From Octopus bimaculoides (Eukaryota), in contig NC_068983.1 of NCBI RefSeq assembly GCF_001194135.2, positions 135,923,328-135,984,980 on the forward strand: DNA of 61,653 bases, read 5' to 3'. This document shows positions 1 to 11,850 of the stretch, one piece after another (position 1 is the stretch's first letter; every line of letters begins with the position of its first letter). The position numbers and the translations under genes are program-made. The notes below the pieces were generated by a model. That model worked only from the letters and a program-made list of their open reading frames with translations, searched no databases and was not told the DNA's origin.

Positions 1-632
1 TTGGGTATAAGAGGCATCAGATGTGGTATACAAGAGAGACAACTGTGCTGGTATGGTCATGTGATGTGTATGGACAAGGGCAGTTGTGTAAAGAAATGCT
101 GATCTGTAACTGTGGAGGGAACCTGTGGTAGAGGTAGACCCAGGAAGACATGGGACAAGGTGGTTGAAGCATAATCTTCAAACTTTGGGTCTCACAGAAG
201 CAATGATTAGTGGCCAAGAACTTTGGCGATGTGCTGTGCTTGAGAAGACCCACCAAACCAAGTTAAATTGTAGTGGTAGCTGATGCTGGTGTCATGTAAC
301 TGGTACCCATGCCAGTGGCATACAAAAAACATGCTGGACCTCATGGAAGAAATGACTGAGACCTTAGGCATTATGCCGTGCTTGAGAAGAAGACTCATCA
401 AGCCAAGTAAAATCAGTCATGGTAGATACCAGTGTCATGCAAATGGCACTTGTGCTGGTGGCACATAAAAGTACCCATTACACTCTCAGAGTGATTGGCA
501 TTAGGAAGAACATCCAGCCATAGAAACCATACCAAATCAGACTGGAACCTGGTGCAGCCCTCCAGCTTGCCAGCCCTAATCAAACCATCCAGCTCATGCC
601 AGCATGGACAACAGATGCTAAATGATGATAAT
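1..632 (+). mobile_element. RTE-clade LINE 3' end (ORF C-terminus, 3' UTR, (GAT)n tail)
   Basis: Translates to ..VEGTCGRGRPRKTWDKVV.., the same motif as at 11654-11839 and 42415-42609; ends in the shared tail ggcattaggaagaacatccagc..catgccagcatgg..aaatgatgat; contains stops. Confidence 0.85.
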
Positions 633-992
633 AAAACTTAGAGCAAGTAAAGTTCTGAAACAAACAACTGTTTCATTAGGTCTTTCACAACATCCATGAC
701 AGATGTAAAGTTGCATAATATTTGCAGTTTTATACATAAGAATGACACTTCAGACTTGCATCAAAAGGTTCATTCTTGGATTTACCAGTGTTGGGATCTA
801 CTGGATTTCCTACACCACCAGAATTTCAATCTTCCTTGAGACTAATTCAAGAGTGGAGAGAGCCACAACCTTGGGTTGAGTACCAGTTACAAAACATTGG
901 CATCAGCCACAGCTACAATCTCAGCTGGCTCAAAGTTCGAAGAGTGCTTTTTACGTGTCAGTTATGCATTGCTGGCATCAACCACAACCATA

Positions 993-1026
<34 letters not shown>

Positions 1027-2117
1027 GGGGGGGTGACCCCACTTCAGTTATGAATAACCATGGGATTGCATCTAGAAAGTTACCCTGCGAGGCACATTGT
1101 ACCTAAGATGGAAGTCATTAAATTTTTTTGTATTAATAAATTGTGAAAAGAGCAGATAAATTATGATAGACACCTTTCTTAAATTTTGATTAATATTTTG
1201 AACAACTAATATATTTTTAGTTAATCTATATTTACACTGATAAATATTTTTAGTGATTATTCAACCAAGAAATCAAAAGAAGTGTAACTATTAAAGTGTT
1301 ATCTCAAGGCTAACAAAACTTTAAAAACAGAGAGGTGATAACTGAGAACAAAAAAATTTAATTACTAGAGAAATTATGGTCACTCCCATCAATTTTAAAG
1401 TACGAGTGTTTGGAGGAGAGGATTTAAAGAGAAAAAAATTGAGAAAAAGACAAAAAAAGAAGCTGCATCTATGAATGATGGATATGTGAGTGTTATTTAA
1501 GTAGATTTTGCAGTGAAGTCACAATGGGGACACTAATGATTTTGATTTTGTCTAGGATTGGGCAAATGTGTCTTGATTGCAGGATATAATTCTTTTACTA
1601 TTCTGTGTCTTCAACTCAAATTGTTTTGATGTATCATGACACATTTTACACCATGATGATCAGTCTAGGCAATGACTTCCCCAAGATGTCAAATTAGGCT
1701 GTAGAGACTTTAGTGATTGCCTCAACTTATCCTTATACCTAATGATGGGCCTCACTGACAGCAGTATCCCACTACTTGTTGGCCAGACAAAAAAATTTCC
1801 AGAATGCAGTCATCTTTCATTCAAACATGTTCTACCCATCTGCACCAAATTCTTAACAGCATGCTTTTGATACTAAAGATATCACTAAAGAAATTCTGAT
1901 GGCATAAATGATAGCAAGATGGATGATATACTTTGCAAGCCTGTGCGTCATAGTTTAGAATTCAGAATCCTTCGGTAAAGTGGAGGACATGAGCACTATA
2001 TATGAGAGAGAGATTGCACAAAATAAGGGAAATGATCACTTTTTATTTAACTATTTTTTCTATTGGCAATATGACAGATTCAAAATTGTTCTAGTCTCAA
2101 TATATGTGCTCATATTA

Positions 2118-2300
2118 AGGCAGTGAGCTGGCAGAATCATTAGCATACTGGGTAAAATGTTCAGTGGCATTTTGCCCAGCTTTATGTTCTGAGTTCAAAT
2201 TCCACTAAGGTCAACTTTGCCTTTCATTCTTTTGAGGTCAATAAAATATATACCAGTTGTGCACTGAGGTTGATGTAATTGACTCACCCACTTCCCAAAA
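2118..2300 (+). mobile_element. tRNA-type SINE, family A
   Basis: Head ggcagtgagctggcagaatcattagc..ttctgagttcaaattcc and core gtcaactttgcctttcat..ataaaat..taccagtt; at least 6 similar copies in the window. Confidence 0.8.
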
Positions 2301-2353
2301 ATTTCTTTTTTGCAAATATTTATATTTAAATAAGTTCAACTGCATCTTCATCA

Positions 2354-3397
2354 GGCCTATCTAATTTCCAAAGTGTACAAACTGTTGGAGCACAGATGGT
2401 TGAAGCTTCAGTCACAAAACTGTTGAATTATTTAATGCCCCAAGAACTACAGTGTCTAATATAATGTTGGCATTCCAAAACCAAGGTAAAAACAGCTCTG
2501 GCAACTGTAATTCTGGATGGAAAGCAAAGCACACAGACAAAAAAATAATGAAATATATGGTGTCTAAAAATCATTTAACTACAGTAGTAAAAGTGACAGA
2601 GTTAAACCACTACACTGCCAACCTGTCTCAACCAAAACCATTCATTGTGAGCTTCATAAAGTTGAATACCATAGGAGGGCTGCAATTGCTAAACCTCTCC
2701 TACTTCCATCAATATTGACAAGTAGAAAAAATTATATCTAAACTAACTTATGTGGTTAATGGCTCAATGGAACACTGTCATCATCTCTGATGAATTCTCA
2801 TTCATTTTCTTTTTCCTTACTTTGGGGAAAGTTTGTCTGGAGACAGCCCTAACAACCCCTCAACCCCAACTGTTTGGCACCTACTATGAAGCATGGAGTT
2901 GTCTCTGTGATGATTTGGGCAGCCATATCACAATATTCCTTTGGTCCTTTTGTCGTTCTATATGGCAGAGTTAGCACCAAAGATTATCAGAGTATTTTGG
3001 CAATCATGTATAAACTTTGTTCTTAGATGATAGCACAATCTTCTATGATGATGTACCAAATTACATGACTAATGTTATTCAGAATTAGTACAAAGAGCAC
3101 AAAAGTGAAACAGACCACTTAGATTGGCCCCAACAATCACTAGACCTGACAATACGTTTATGGTGCATTTTGGAGCAGTAAGTGAAGAGCTGCCTTCCTT
3201 CACTATCATCATTGAAAGAGTTAATGCAGGTTTGACTTGAAGAGTGGCTCAAAATTAATCCTAACAACCTTTCAGAATCTGCACGAATCAATTGGACCAC
3301 ACAAAAGCTGTGTGTGATGCCGAAGGTGGATGAATTTCATACTAAACAATAAAACTTCCATTTAACAAAGCGTTTCCATTATTTTGTCCGACTCCTG
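2354..3397 (+). mobile_element. Tc1/mariner (Tc1-like DDE) transposon remnant: degraded transposase plus right TIR
   Basis: Frame-shifted translation gives LSNFQ..VGAQMVEASVTK, WNTVIISDE, CLAPTMKHGVVSVMIWAAIS and HLDWPQQSLDL; right TIR gtttccattattttgtccgactcctg (3372-3397) followed by TA matches the left TIR at 57711 at 24/26. Confidence 0.88.
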
Positions 3398-4564
3398 TAA
3401 GTTTAGAATCATGAAGGCTCTAACTACAATCAAAAGTACTTTTACTACAAATAGGTTCAACTATTTTGTTACATTATATAGGATTCATTAAATATACGTT
3501 TAAATAACTCTTCTTAATGTATTTTTCTCTTAAATTAGAATTTTGGACAAAATAAAGAAATCCCTCGAACTGTATGTCCAAGCAAAAAAATAAATAATAA
3601 ATTTGATTAAAGCCATAAAGGCGCAAAACCGAAAACTAAACCATGAGTCAATTTGAAACAATGGTTTAAAATGAACAGATGATAAATTTCTTTTGAGGCT
3701 TAAACTCTGCTCAAGCATCATTTGAAAGTGATATTCTTGTACACATTCTATCATGTATAAAATGTTTCAATGCAGAAAGAATTAAAGGGTTAGCAAAAAC
3801 TGACTGTATAAATGAACAACCAGATTGGATTAACCAAATCTTAGATCCAGTTTAAAATCTCTTAAAGCCAAATCATTTCAGTTATGACAGTCATACAAGT
3901 ATGACTACCACAATATCTTGTTTTCCTTGTAAATTTGTAACTGTTTTAACATTCATTTCTGAATTGAAATCTCATGAGGGGCAACTTCGTGATAAAGTAG
4001 CAGCAATGTACTACTACGTTAAAAATTTGACTATAATACATCTTGTCTACAAAATTGTTCATGTACCTAGTCAAAAAGAAATCAATATTTATCACTTGAA
4101 CAAGATAAATGAAGCACAAAGCGAGTATTGATTTTAAACCATTACTGATGTGTTGTGGGTCCGTGCATTGTTACGGTAATTAAATTATGAAGATCGCCAA
4201 AATTTAAAATCAACAATAATATGTGAACCGATATTTGACATGCAAACTTGACTGAAATTTGGGTGTTTGTTTAAAAAGCTGAACTTAAGAAGCAAAGAAA
4301 AAAATGCAACGAATGAAAGAGTTGCAACATTTATTTTTCTCCTCGATTTGATATTTACGAGATATTACTAAAAATTGCACGAGGAAGAGGGCCGGACAAG
4401 CCTAATTAAGTGATAGTTAATAAAATAAAGGTGAACTGAGAAGTATTTTATTGAGGACATAAAAAAAAAACAACTGCATTTAAGCTGACTTTGTATTTCT
4501 CATCAGTTACATATGTTTATAAGGGCATGCACGACAGTCTCATTACTCTCCACCTCTTCGAATC

Positions 4565-4849
4565 TAATCTGAACCTTTCCCCCCTTTATTTATTAATTTN
4601 NNNNNNNNNNNNNNNNNNNNNNNNNNNNNNNNNNNNNNNNNNNNNNNNNNNNNNNNNNNNNNNNNNNNNNNNNNNNNNNNNNNNNGTTAGGTTTACCCTG
4701 TGGATCTATATAAAACCCAGGGGGGGGGGGATCGAAATTTTGAAATTGAGATTTTTGAAATTTTTTTTTCAGAATCGGAATCTCCATAGCCTAAAACGTG
4801 GGATTCCGTAAAAAAAGAAAATAAAACACGGGGGGAAAGGTTCAGATTA
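4565..4849. mobile_element. MITE with perfect 20-bp terminal inverted repeat (TA at outer ends)
   Basis: taatctgaacctttcccccc (4565-4584) is the exact reverse complement of ggggggaaaggttcagatta (4830-4849); internal N gap 4600-4685; an internal segment recurs at about 25745-25830. Confidence 0.75.
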
Positions 4850-5811
4850 CATATAGTCCATCTGGACCCAATTTAAAACTAATTTACGTCTCTAATATTT
4901 TTATGAAATGCATAGCTATCACAACTTCTGATTGCACTCTATAATTCAAAGACAATTATATCGATACAAAGGAATTTTATGGCCTCACACTCACACATTC
5001 ATTGAAAACTTGACCGAGAAAATGTTGACGCCAAATAAATAATGATTTAGTTTTGTTGTTTTCCTGTAAATTTACAACAGACAGTGGGCTGTGTGCGTGT
5101 GCTGATACGGGAACACGACAACGTTTGTTTACAATAAACAGACATTCCAGTGAAACTACTCATAATATAGACGGGAGACATTTCATATTAAAATTTATTA
5201 AAGAAAAGAATAAATAAAAATCTAGCAGTATAAACAAAAACTATCATCACACAGGAAGAAACATTAAAAATATACAAACACACGCAATCTATATATATTA
5301 TATATATATACATTATATACATACACACACGCACGTAGACACACTTTTGGGCTAAATATATATCAAGAGAGGAAACAAGTATTAAGACAAAAGAATAAGT
5401 GTCGAAACAATTATAGTTACGCATAATGTATATTGTACAAAAAGGTAATAAACACGCATTACACACACACATTATATATAAAAACAGGTACACAGATAAA
5501 CAAGTATACATATATACTATAAATTTATAAAGTTAATATATTGTATTTGTACTTGTATCTTGCATACGTCACAAACAGCCGCGATAAGAAGTAAATATTA
5601 AAATATGTTTTGTGGATAGTCAATGTGAATCATTAAGTTAAGATAAACAGGCAAGAGGCTGGGTAGACAAAACATGCCCACGCTTCTGCCACGCTGAAAA
5701 AGCAGGACAGGTGTAACGAGTCAAATTGTACACCTAAATAAATACACAAAGAAAAATACGAGTAATAATTATTCTCATTACCATACACAGAAATTTAAAA
5801 TTTCAGCTTAC

Positions 5812-5931
5812 CTTGAAGAGGCTTGGTGCGAAGTCATCTTCGAGAGAAATATCCCCTAGTCGGTTTGCTGTTATCGTAGGTCCGGCATCGTCCCCGGAAT
5901 TGTGTCGTTTACCAGATGTTGTATTCCCCAT
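5812..5931 (-). CDS. First coding exon of a myristoylated protein, probably AMP-activated protein kinase beta subunit (PRKAB-like); remainder off the left edge
   Basis: ATG at 5931, 40 clean codons MGNTTSGKRHNSGDDAGPTITANRLGDISLEDDFAPSLFK, then a strong donor AAG|GTAAGC (phase 0); GC-richer than flanks; MGxxxS myristoylation consensus; MGNTTS matches my recollection of the vertebrate PRKAB2 N-terminus. No further exon recognised in 1-5811. Confidence 0.55.
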
Positions 5932-8071
5932 CTTTATCTTCAAGTCAAGCACACTTATTTACTATCTTTCTCTCAATTCTCCCCCAAAATAAATTATATT
6001 AAGATAAAATTGCCACTAACTGAAGTAGTCACTGCTGGCTATAAACAGAATTAAAATTCAAAGAAAAAAAAAACATGAAAAAATCAAGTCCGTGTTTGGA
6101 AGGAGTCAGCTGACCTGACTATCGAAATAGTAAAATAGACATTCTATTTATGTAAGTCATTACACTATTACAAAGTTTTGTTAATATTTCCTATGTAATA
6201 TGGTCAATTCGTATTATAAGATTAGCTAATAGGTGCAAGAAGCCATATACAATGTCTGTTTTGAATGCGCTTGAATATCTATATTCCATAGACAAGAACT
6301 TAGCACCTGAAATGTTGGTTTTATGATTACCTCTTTTCTTTTTTATTCTACCCCCCCTTTAACTTCAAGACTTAAACGACAAATACTGGCAGATACGATA
6401 ATGCAATCAATCAACCAGCATCATTAAAACAAGTTAGTATGCTTGGATCAATCAATCTTAATTTCAATTTAAGACTGAAGAAATGCAATAAAAATCCAAA
6501 ACGATATGTGTTCAGGGGTATTTACCAGAGAAACGAATAACTTAAAACATTAAAGGAAACGTTACTTTTTCAATGACTTCAACTATCTGCAAAGAGAAGG
6601 AAAGAAGGTGACCTTCAGGAACAACAAACAGTAAGCCACTTGTCAGATGGCATCTGCATATCCAAGTTGGTCCCGCACGCACACGCAGGCCAAACCAGTC
6701 TTGTCCAAAGCTGGACTAAAATAGTGCTAGAGTTACCTTTCTTTAGAAGCATGGTGTCGTCCTTTATCATTAACTATATATAATAAGTTTTCGTCATGTT
6801 TAATATATATACATAAGTTATTTTTGATTAGGACTTATTTGACATTTGCATTGTGTAAATATTGTTCTTAACAAAAATATTGCTTTCGTAAATTTATTAA
6901 CAGTTGAGAGTTACGAGATTAACCCTCAGCTGAAACGGTCTGTTGACGATTGGTTTTAAATATATACGGATGCTCCTTAGTGCCATAATTGCTTGTCTAA
7001 CTTAAACTTGTAAGTAAGGGTTTATCAAACTGTGTTCCGCATCAGCTGTCATTGTTTCTTTGAGTGATTTGGGAGAAATAAACTTATGATGTGTATCAAA
7101 ACTTGTGTTTTGATTATATATTTCTAATGAAATATTGTCTATGCAAGATTTTTTGTATTCGTTTATTCTAATTAATGATTTGATAAATAATGAAAACACA
7201 GTTCGCCACAAAAGATTCGAAATAATGGTTAAAAACTTAAAACTCCATCCCTATCGCATTTCATTGCTATCTAAGGTTTTGCCAACAACTGTTCGGGCAA
7301 GACAATTTCATACAAAGGATATTTTTAACAAAGATCAACAAAACTGCGGAGATAAAACAGTTTATGGAAACAGAAAAATCATGCTACACTGCTTTGCATT
7401 AATCTATACATACATTTATTTAATGAAAAGTAGTGAAAATATGTTAAATAAAAATAGTGCAAATATGTTTTTAGCTGAACTATTTTAAAAGAATCTTTGG
7501 CTATTTATATACTTCTGCGGTTCAATTTGATATCTTATGAACAGAGTACTATCCTCGAGTTGCCAGATTCAGTTTCTGCCATACCAAAGTTGATAAATAG
7601 ATAGATAGACAGAATTGCCTTTGTGCGGTGCTGTCGGGTCACGTATTACATGAACACCCCAGTAACCTTCGATGAAATAAACAAAATAAAGGCACAAAGG
7701 ACATGAATTTTTAAAAATTTGCTCTATAATACTAAGTAATGAAAAATTCTCGTTACTGTCCGAAACATGTTTAAGATTATTAATGAACTGGTAGTAGTTA
7801 CTGTCCAGCTTTCCATTAAGAAACTCGAACTTTATGCAGAATTATGGTAAACTATATTTATAAGTAAACATGATATGTTTTTTTTTAATTATTCAAGGCG
7901 CGAAATTGAAAGATTTGGTCAAGAATTTATTTATACATTGTGAAAGTATATATACTCCCTACCACCACATATCATATATAATTGAATTCACTTTTTTTTC
8001 TTTCTTGTTTATCTCATTTCAAATTATACGATATCGTATGAGCTCAAAAAATATAGGAATCAGCAAATGAA

Positions 8072-8623
8072 ATGTCTCAGTTTGGACCAAACCAGCCCCC
8101 AAAACATCATCCACCATCACCAGCAACAATACTAGCAGCCCCAACTCTATCAGTAACAACAGCGACAACAGCAGCAACAACAACAACTGCACCATAGGCA
8201 ACACACGCAGGGACGAGAATATGACCGGTACCAACACCATCCACAGCGATGCCAACAGCAGCAGCAACACCACCACCGGCGGTAGCAACAACAGCAACAG
8301 GTGCAATGACATCACAGAAGTACATGAGGTGCACTGGGAACTCTCTCAAGCAGTGTATTTCCCATAATCTGTCTTCCTTCGGAGTCCTGGAAAGGAGATA
8401 CGTGACATCGCTGGCCAGCCATATCTGGCAATTATGAAACGAAGAGATTACATACTCAATCACATGGAAAATACTCAAGAACTCAGGCGCCTACATCAAA
8501 GGGACGGCGCCAGGGGGAATCCTGAACTCCAGGACAGAGATTTTCAGACCATGCTTGCAATTCAGAAAATTCTTGCTGGTTTTTTTGAATCTGCAGGGCA
8601 GCACCACAGCCGGAAACCAATAA
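8072..8623 (+). mobile_element. Penelope-like element remnant: GIY-YIG endonuclease C-terminal region, pseudogenised
   Basis: One frame with 3 internal stops: T/A/P-rich tract then KYMRCTGNSLKQCISHNLSSF..TSLASHIWQL*NEEITYSITWKILK..ILNSRTEIFRPCLQFRKFLL, resembling PLE motifs YIG..FKQR..HxxSF, TxLSxHIWxLK, IxWxIL and LNxRxE..C.H..KFLL. Confidence 0.72.
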
Positions 8624-8674
8624 TCAAGGCAGAAGAGAGACAGTCATTTACCTTCGTGGTGCTTTGGTTATAGT

Positions 8675-9390
8675 CTAGTTACCCGTATTGTAAATCAGGT
8701 AGTTCATGAAGGAGTCAAGTATAGTGAAGAATTCTGGGTAGAAGTAGGGGTTCACCAAGGATCAGTCCTCTACCTAATCTTATTCATCATAGTCCTCCAG
8801 GCAATAACAGAGGAATTCAAGACAGGCTGCCCCTGGGACCTCCTCTATGCTGATGACCTTGCTCTCATAGCTGAATCACTACCAGAACTAGAGAAGAAAT
8901 TTCAGGTGTGGAAGCAAGGTCTAGAATCGAAGGGCCTTAGAGTCAATGTAGCAAAAACCAAAGTCCTAGTAAGTAGGAAGGTAAACAAATCACAAATCGC
9001 TTCACAAATCCCTTGCTCAATCTGTAGAAAAGGTGTAGATAGAAACTCCTTAAGATCTACCCAGTGTAAAGTATGGACACATAAGAGGTGCTGCAATATC
9101 AAAGGAAGGTTAACCAGGATGATAGCTTTTGTGTGCAGCAGATGCACAGGGGCAATAAACACTGAAGATGTTTGGAAAACAGATTCCATCACATGCCAGT
9201 GGGAGAAACTAAAAGTTGTTGATAGCTTCCATTACCTAGGTGACCAAGTTTGTAGTGGGGGTGGGTGCTCTGAGAGCATTGCCACTAGAATAAGAATAGC
9301 CTGAGCAAAGTTCAGAAAGCTCCTACCTCTGCTGGCAACTCAGGGTCTCTCGCTCAGAGTGAAAGGTAGACTGTATGGTGCATGTGACAC
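8675..9390 (+). mobile_element. RTE LINE reverse transcriptase fragment (internally deleted)
   Basis: GVHQGSVL, LLYADDLALIAESL, WKQGLESKGLRVNVAKTKVLVS, CSICRKGV, FHYLGD; stops present. Confidence 0.9.
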
Positions 9391-10384
9391 AGCATTTTAT
9401 TAACTGACACATTCTTTTAAGAGTTCACTTCCATCACCCTACCTCTTCCTTATTGACTTATGCACTGTGCTTTGGGTAGTTTCACCCAAACTTCATTCAC
9501 AGTCTCATCAGATGCTGGTCCTTCCTTTTCCCAAAAATATTATGATACTGTGCTTGAATGTCTATATTCATATCTAAACATTGGTATTTGTGGGACTGAC
9601 TTTTCAGCTTGTCCTGCCTTGAGTGACATGTATCAGAAGACTGCCTTAATGGAAGAGATTTGCTTCCTCTCTGTCACAACTTTCATTGTAAGATGGTGTC
9701 TTTCCACAATCCCATTTCAACCCAATCTACATTCAGCTCTGAAGAAGCTGCTGATATTCCACCTGTCAAGCATTTTCTTCAGCAGCCTTGAATGACATGC
9801 AGTGCTGTCAAACAATAGTTTGTCAACTAGGCTATTTTCCAGGAATATCTCATTCAGCACTCCTACAATTTCAGACACAATCCCCATCCTAATTTCTTTC
9901 CATATTGCTCTCTCTTCTTGCCTACAGTCAGTTGAGAAATCTGATCTTCCCTGTTAATGCATCACATTGATCACTAGTCTTTTTTAGTCTTCATTCACCT
10001 GAATCTTATCTGTTTCATGCACACTGAATATGGGGTCAATGGAGTGACACCTGCCTCGGCTCTTGAATGCCAGGTCCTGTCCACTCTCATATTTTGCATG
10101 TTGTGCAGCGTTCTCACCTCTGAACTCACCAGTCAATACATCACAGTTGTCCCACTCTGTAAATCCTCTAACACCTCCAACTAGAGCTTTCTTACTCTAG
10201 TAAGGACATCTGCCTTATTTTTTTTCTTTCAATACTACAAAGATTACAAGCAGCTTCATGCTGAGCTCAGCCACACTCTCAGGATTCCTAGGCGATGCTT
10301 GACAATCATTTCTGCAGCCTGTTTCTTTTGTATTCTCTTCTGATTGGTGATCACTATCCATATATTGTGACTTAGGACAACCTA

Positions 10385-11480
10385 TTGAAGGCCACTGACC
10401 AAATTTGTGGCTGGTGCAAAGTCCCTTCTCAACCTAAGGTGACATGGTGGTGAAATAGAGAAAAGAAACAGGTCTGGAAGGACTGGAAGTGTGGTGATAG
10501 CCAAAAGGGAGGCTAGGAGACAGGTATATTTAGCCAGGGGGAGAAGTTTTCCAAGGTTCTGCAATGTGAGGATCAGAGACTTGAAGTATTTTGAATTGCA
10601 AGACAGTGTGTGTGAGAAAATTGTGGTATCATAGGAGAGAAATATGTCCACACAGATGATGGTTCTCTTGATTTAATGATTTTGCAAAGAAAGTGGCTTG
10701 GAAATGCCATTATGAAAGGCTTTTAAATGTAGAGAATGCATTGAAAAAGGAGAGTCTGCCAAATGTAGACCCATCTGAGGGACCAGCTTGGTAGATAAAG
10801 GAATTAAGGATACGAAGAGAGGAAAATTCCCCAACCCATCAGGAATCACCCTCGAGATGCTTAAAATATCTGGTGGAGTAGGATATGGCCTAGTCACCCA
10901 TATAGTTAATCAGGTTGTCCACAAGGGAGTCATACCCAACAATTGGTATAGCAACAATATAGTCAGCTGCTACAAAGGCAAAGGTAATACCTTAGATAGA
11001 AATAATTACAGAGGCATCAAATTGCTGAACTAGGTTATGAAAGGGTCATAGCTCAATTAATTAGGAAGAGAGTTAGTGTAGATGAGATGCGGTTTGGATT
11101 TGTGCCAGGCTGGAGCATGACTGATGCTATATTCCTGGTTAGGCATTTGCAGGAGAAGTATCTAACCAAAAATAAACCTCTGTACTTGGTTTTTGTCGAC
11201 ATGGAGAAAGCTTTGACAGAGTCCCCTGCTCCCTTATCTGGTAGTCAATGCAGAAGCGAGCACAGATGAGTGGTTAGTGAGAGCTGTACAAGCCATGTAA
11301 AGAGATGCTGCAAGTAAGATGAAGGTTGGCAATAAGTATAGCAATGAATTCAGTGTACAGGTAGGTGTTCACCAAAACCCCTTTTGTACAAGTAGGTGTT
11401 CACCAAGACCCCTTCATCTTAGACCTCTTTTGTTTATCTTAGTCCCCCAAGCTTTAACAGAGGAATTCAAGACCAGCTGC
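10385..11480 (+). mobile_element. RTE LINE ORF fragment (pre-RT and RT domains), degraded
   Basis: IVSCYKGKGNTLDRNNYRGIKLL, FGFVPG..TDAIFLVRHLQEKY, LYLVFVDMEKA, VQVGVHQ. Confidence 0.9.
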
Positions 11481-11499
11481 AAGCAAAGTTTATTGTCCA

Positions 11500-11850
11500 A
11501 TGAATGAGAGGTAGTCATAGGTGGGCTGGTTACACCCAGGTCACAGGCTATGGTCTCACCTGACTTGTCGGGTCTTCTCAAACACAGCATATCTCCAAAG
11601 GTCTGTGACATTAGTCATTGCCTCAGTAAGGCCCAATGTACGAAGGTCGTGCTTCACCACCTCATCCTGGGTCTACCTCTTCCACAGGTTCCCTCAACTG
11701 CTAGGGTGTGACACTTTTTCAAACACATGACCGTACCAGTGCAGTTGTCTCTCTCTTGCACACCACATCTGATGCTTCTTAAATCCAACTTTTCTCTCAG
11801 TGTGCCTACACTCTGTCGTGTATGCACACTGACAATCACCTCTATGCAAT
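11500..11850 (-). mobile_element. RTE LINE 3' fragment, opposite strand
   Basis: LREKLDLRSIRCGVQER..VEGTCGRGRPR on the minus strand. Confidence 0.85.

Noticed and set aside
7230-7300. KNLKLHPYRISLL resembling a mariner-type transposase motif
   Set aside because: Only about 10 residues match; no flanking motifs or TIRs found.
8019-8478. Minus-strand Leu/Val-rich ORFs resembling signal peptides or TM helices
   Set aside because: They are the antisense of the (ACA/GCA/CCA) tract in the Penelope remnant.
10385-11850. Adjacent opposite-strand RTE pieces as a twin-priming inversion
   Set aside because: They are tail-to-tail convergent, which is not the twin-priming geometry; likely independent insertions.
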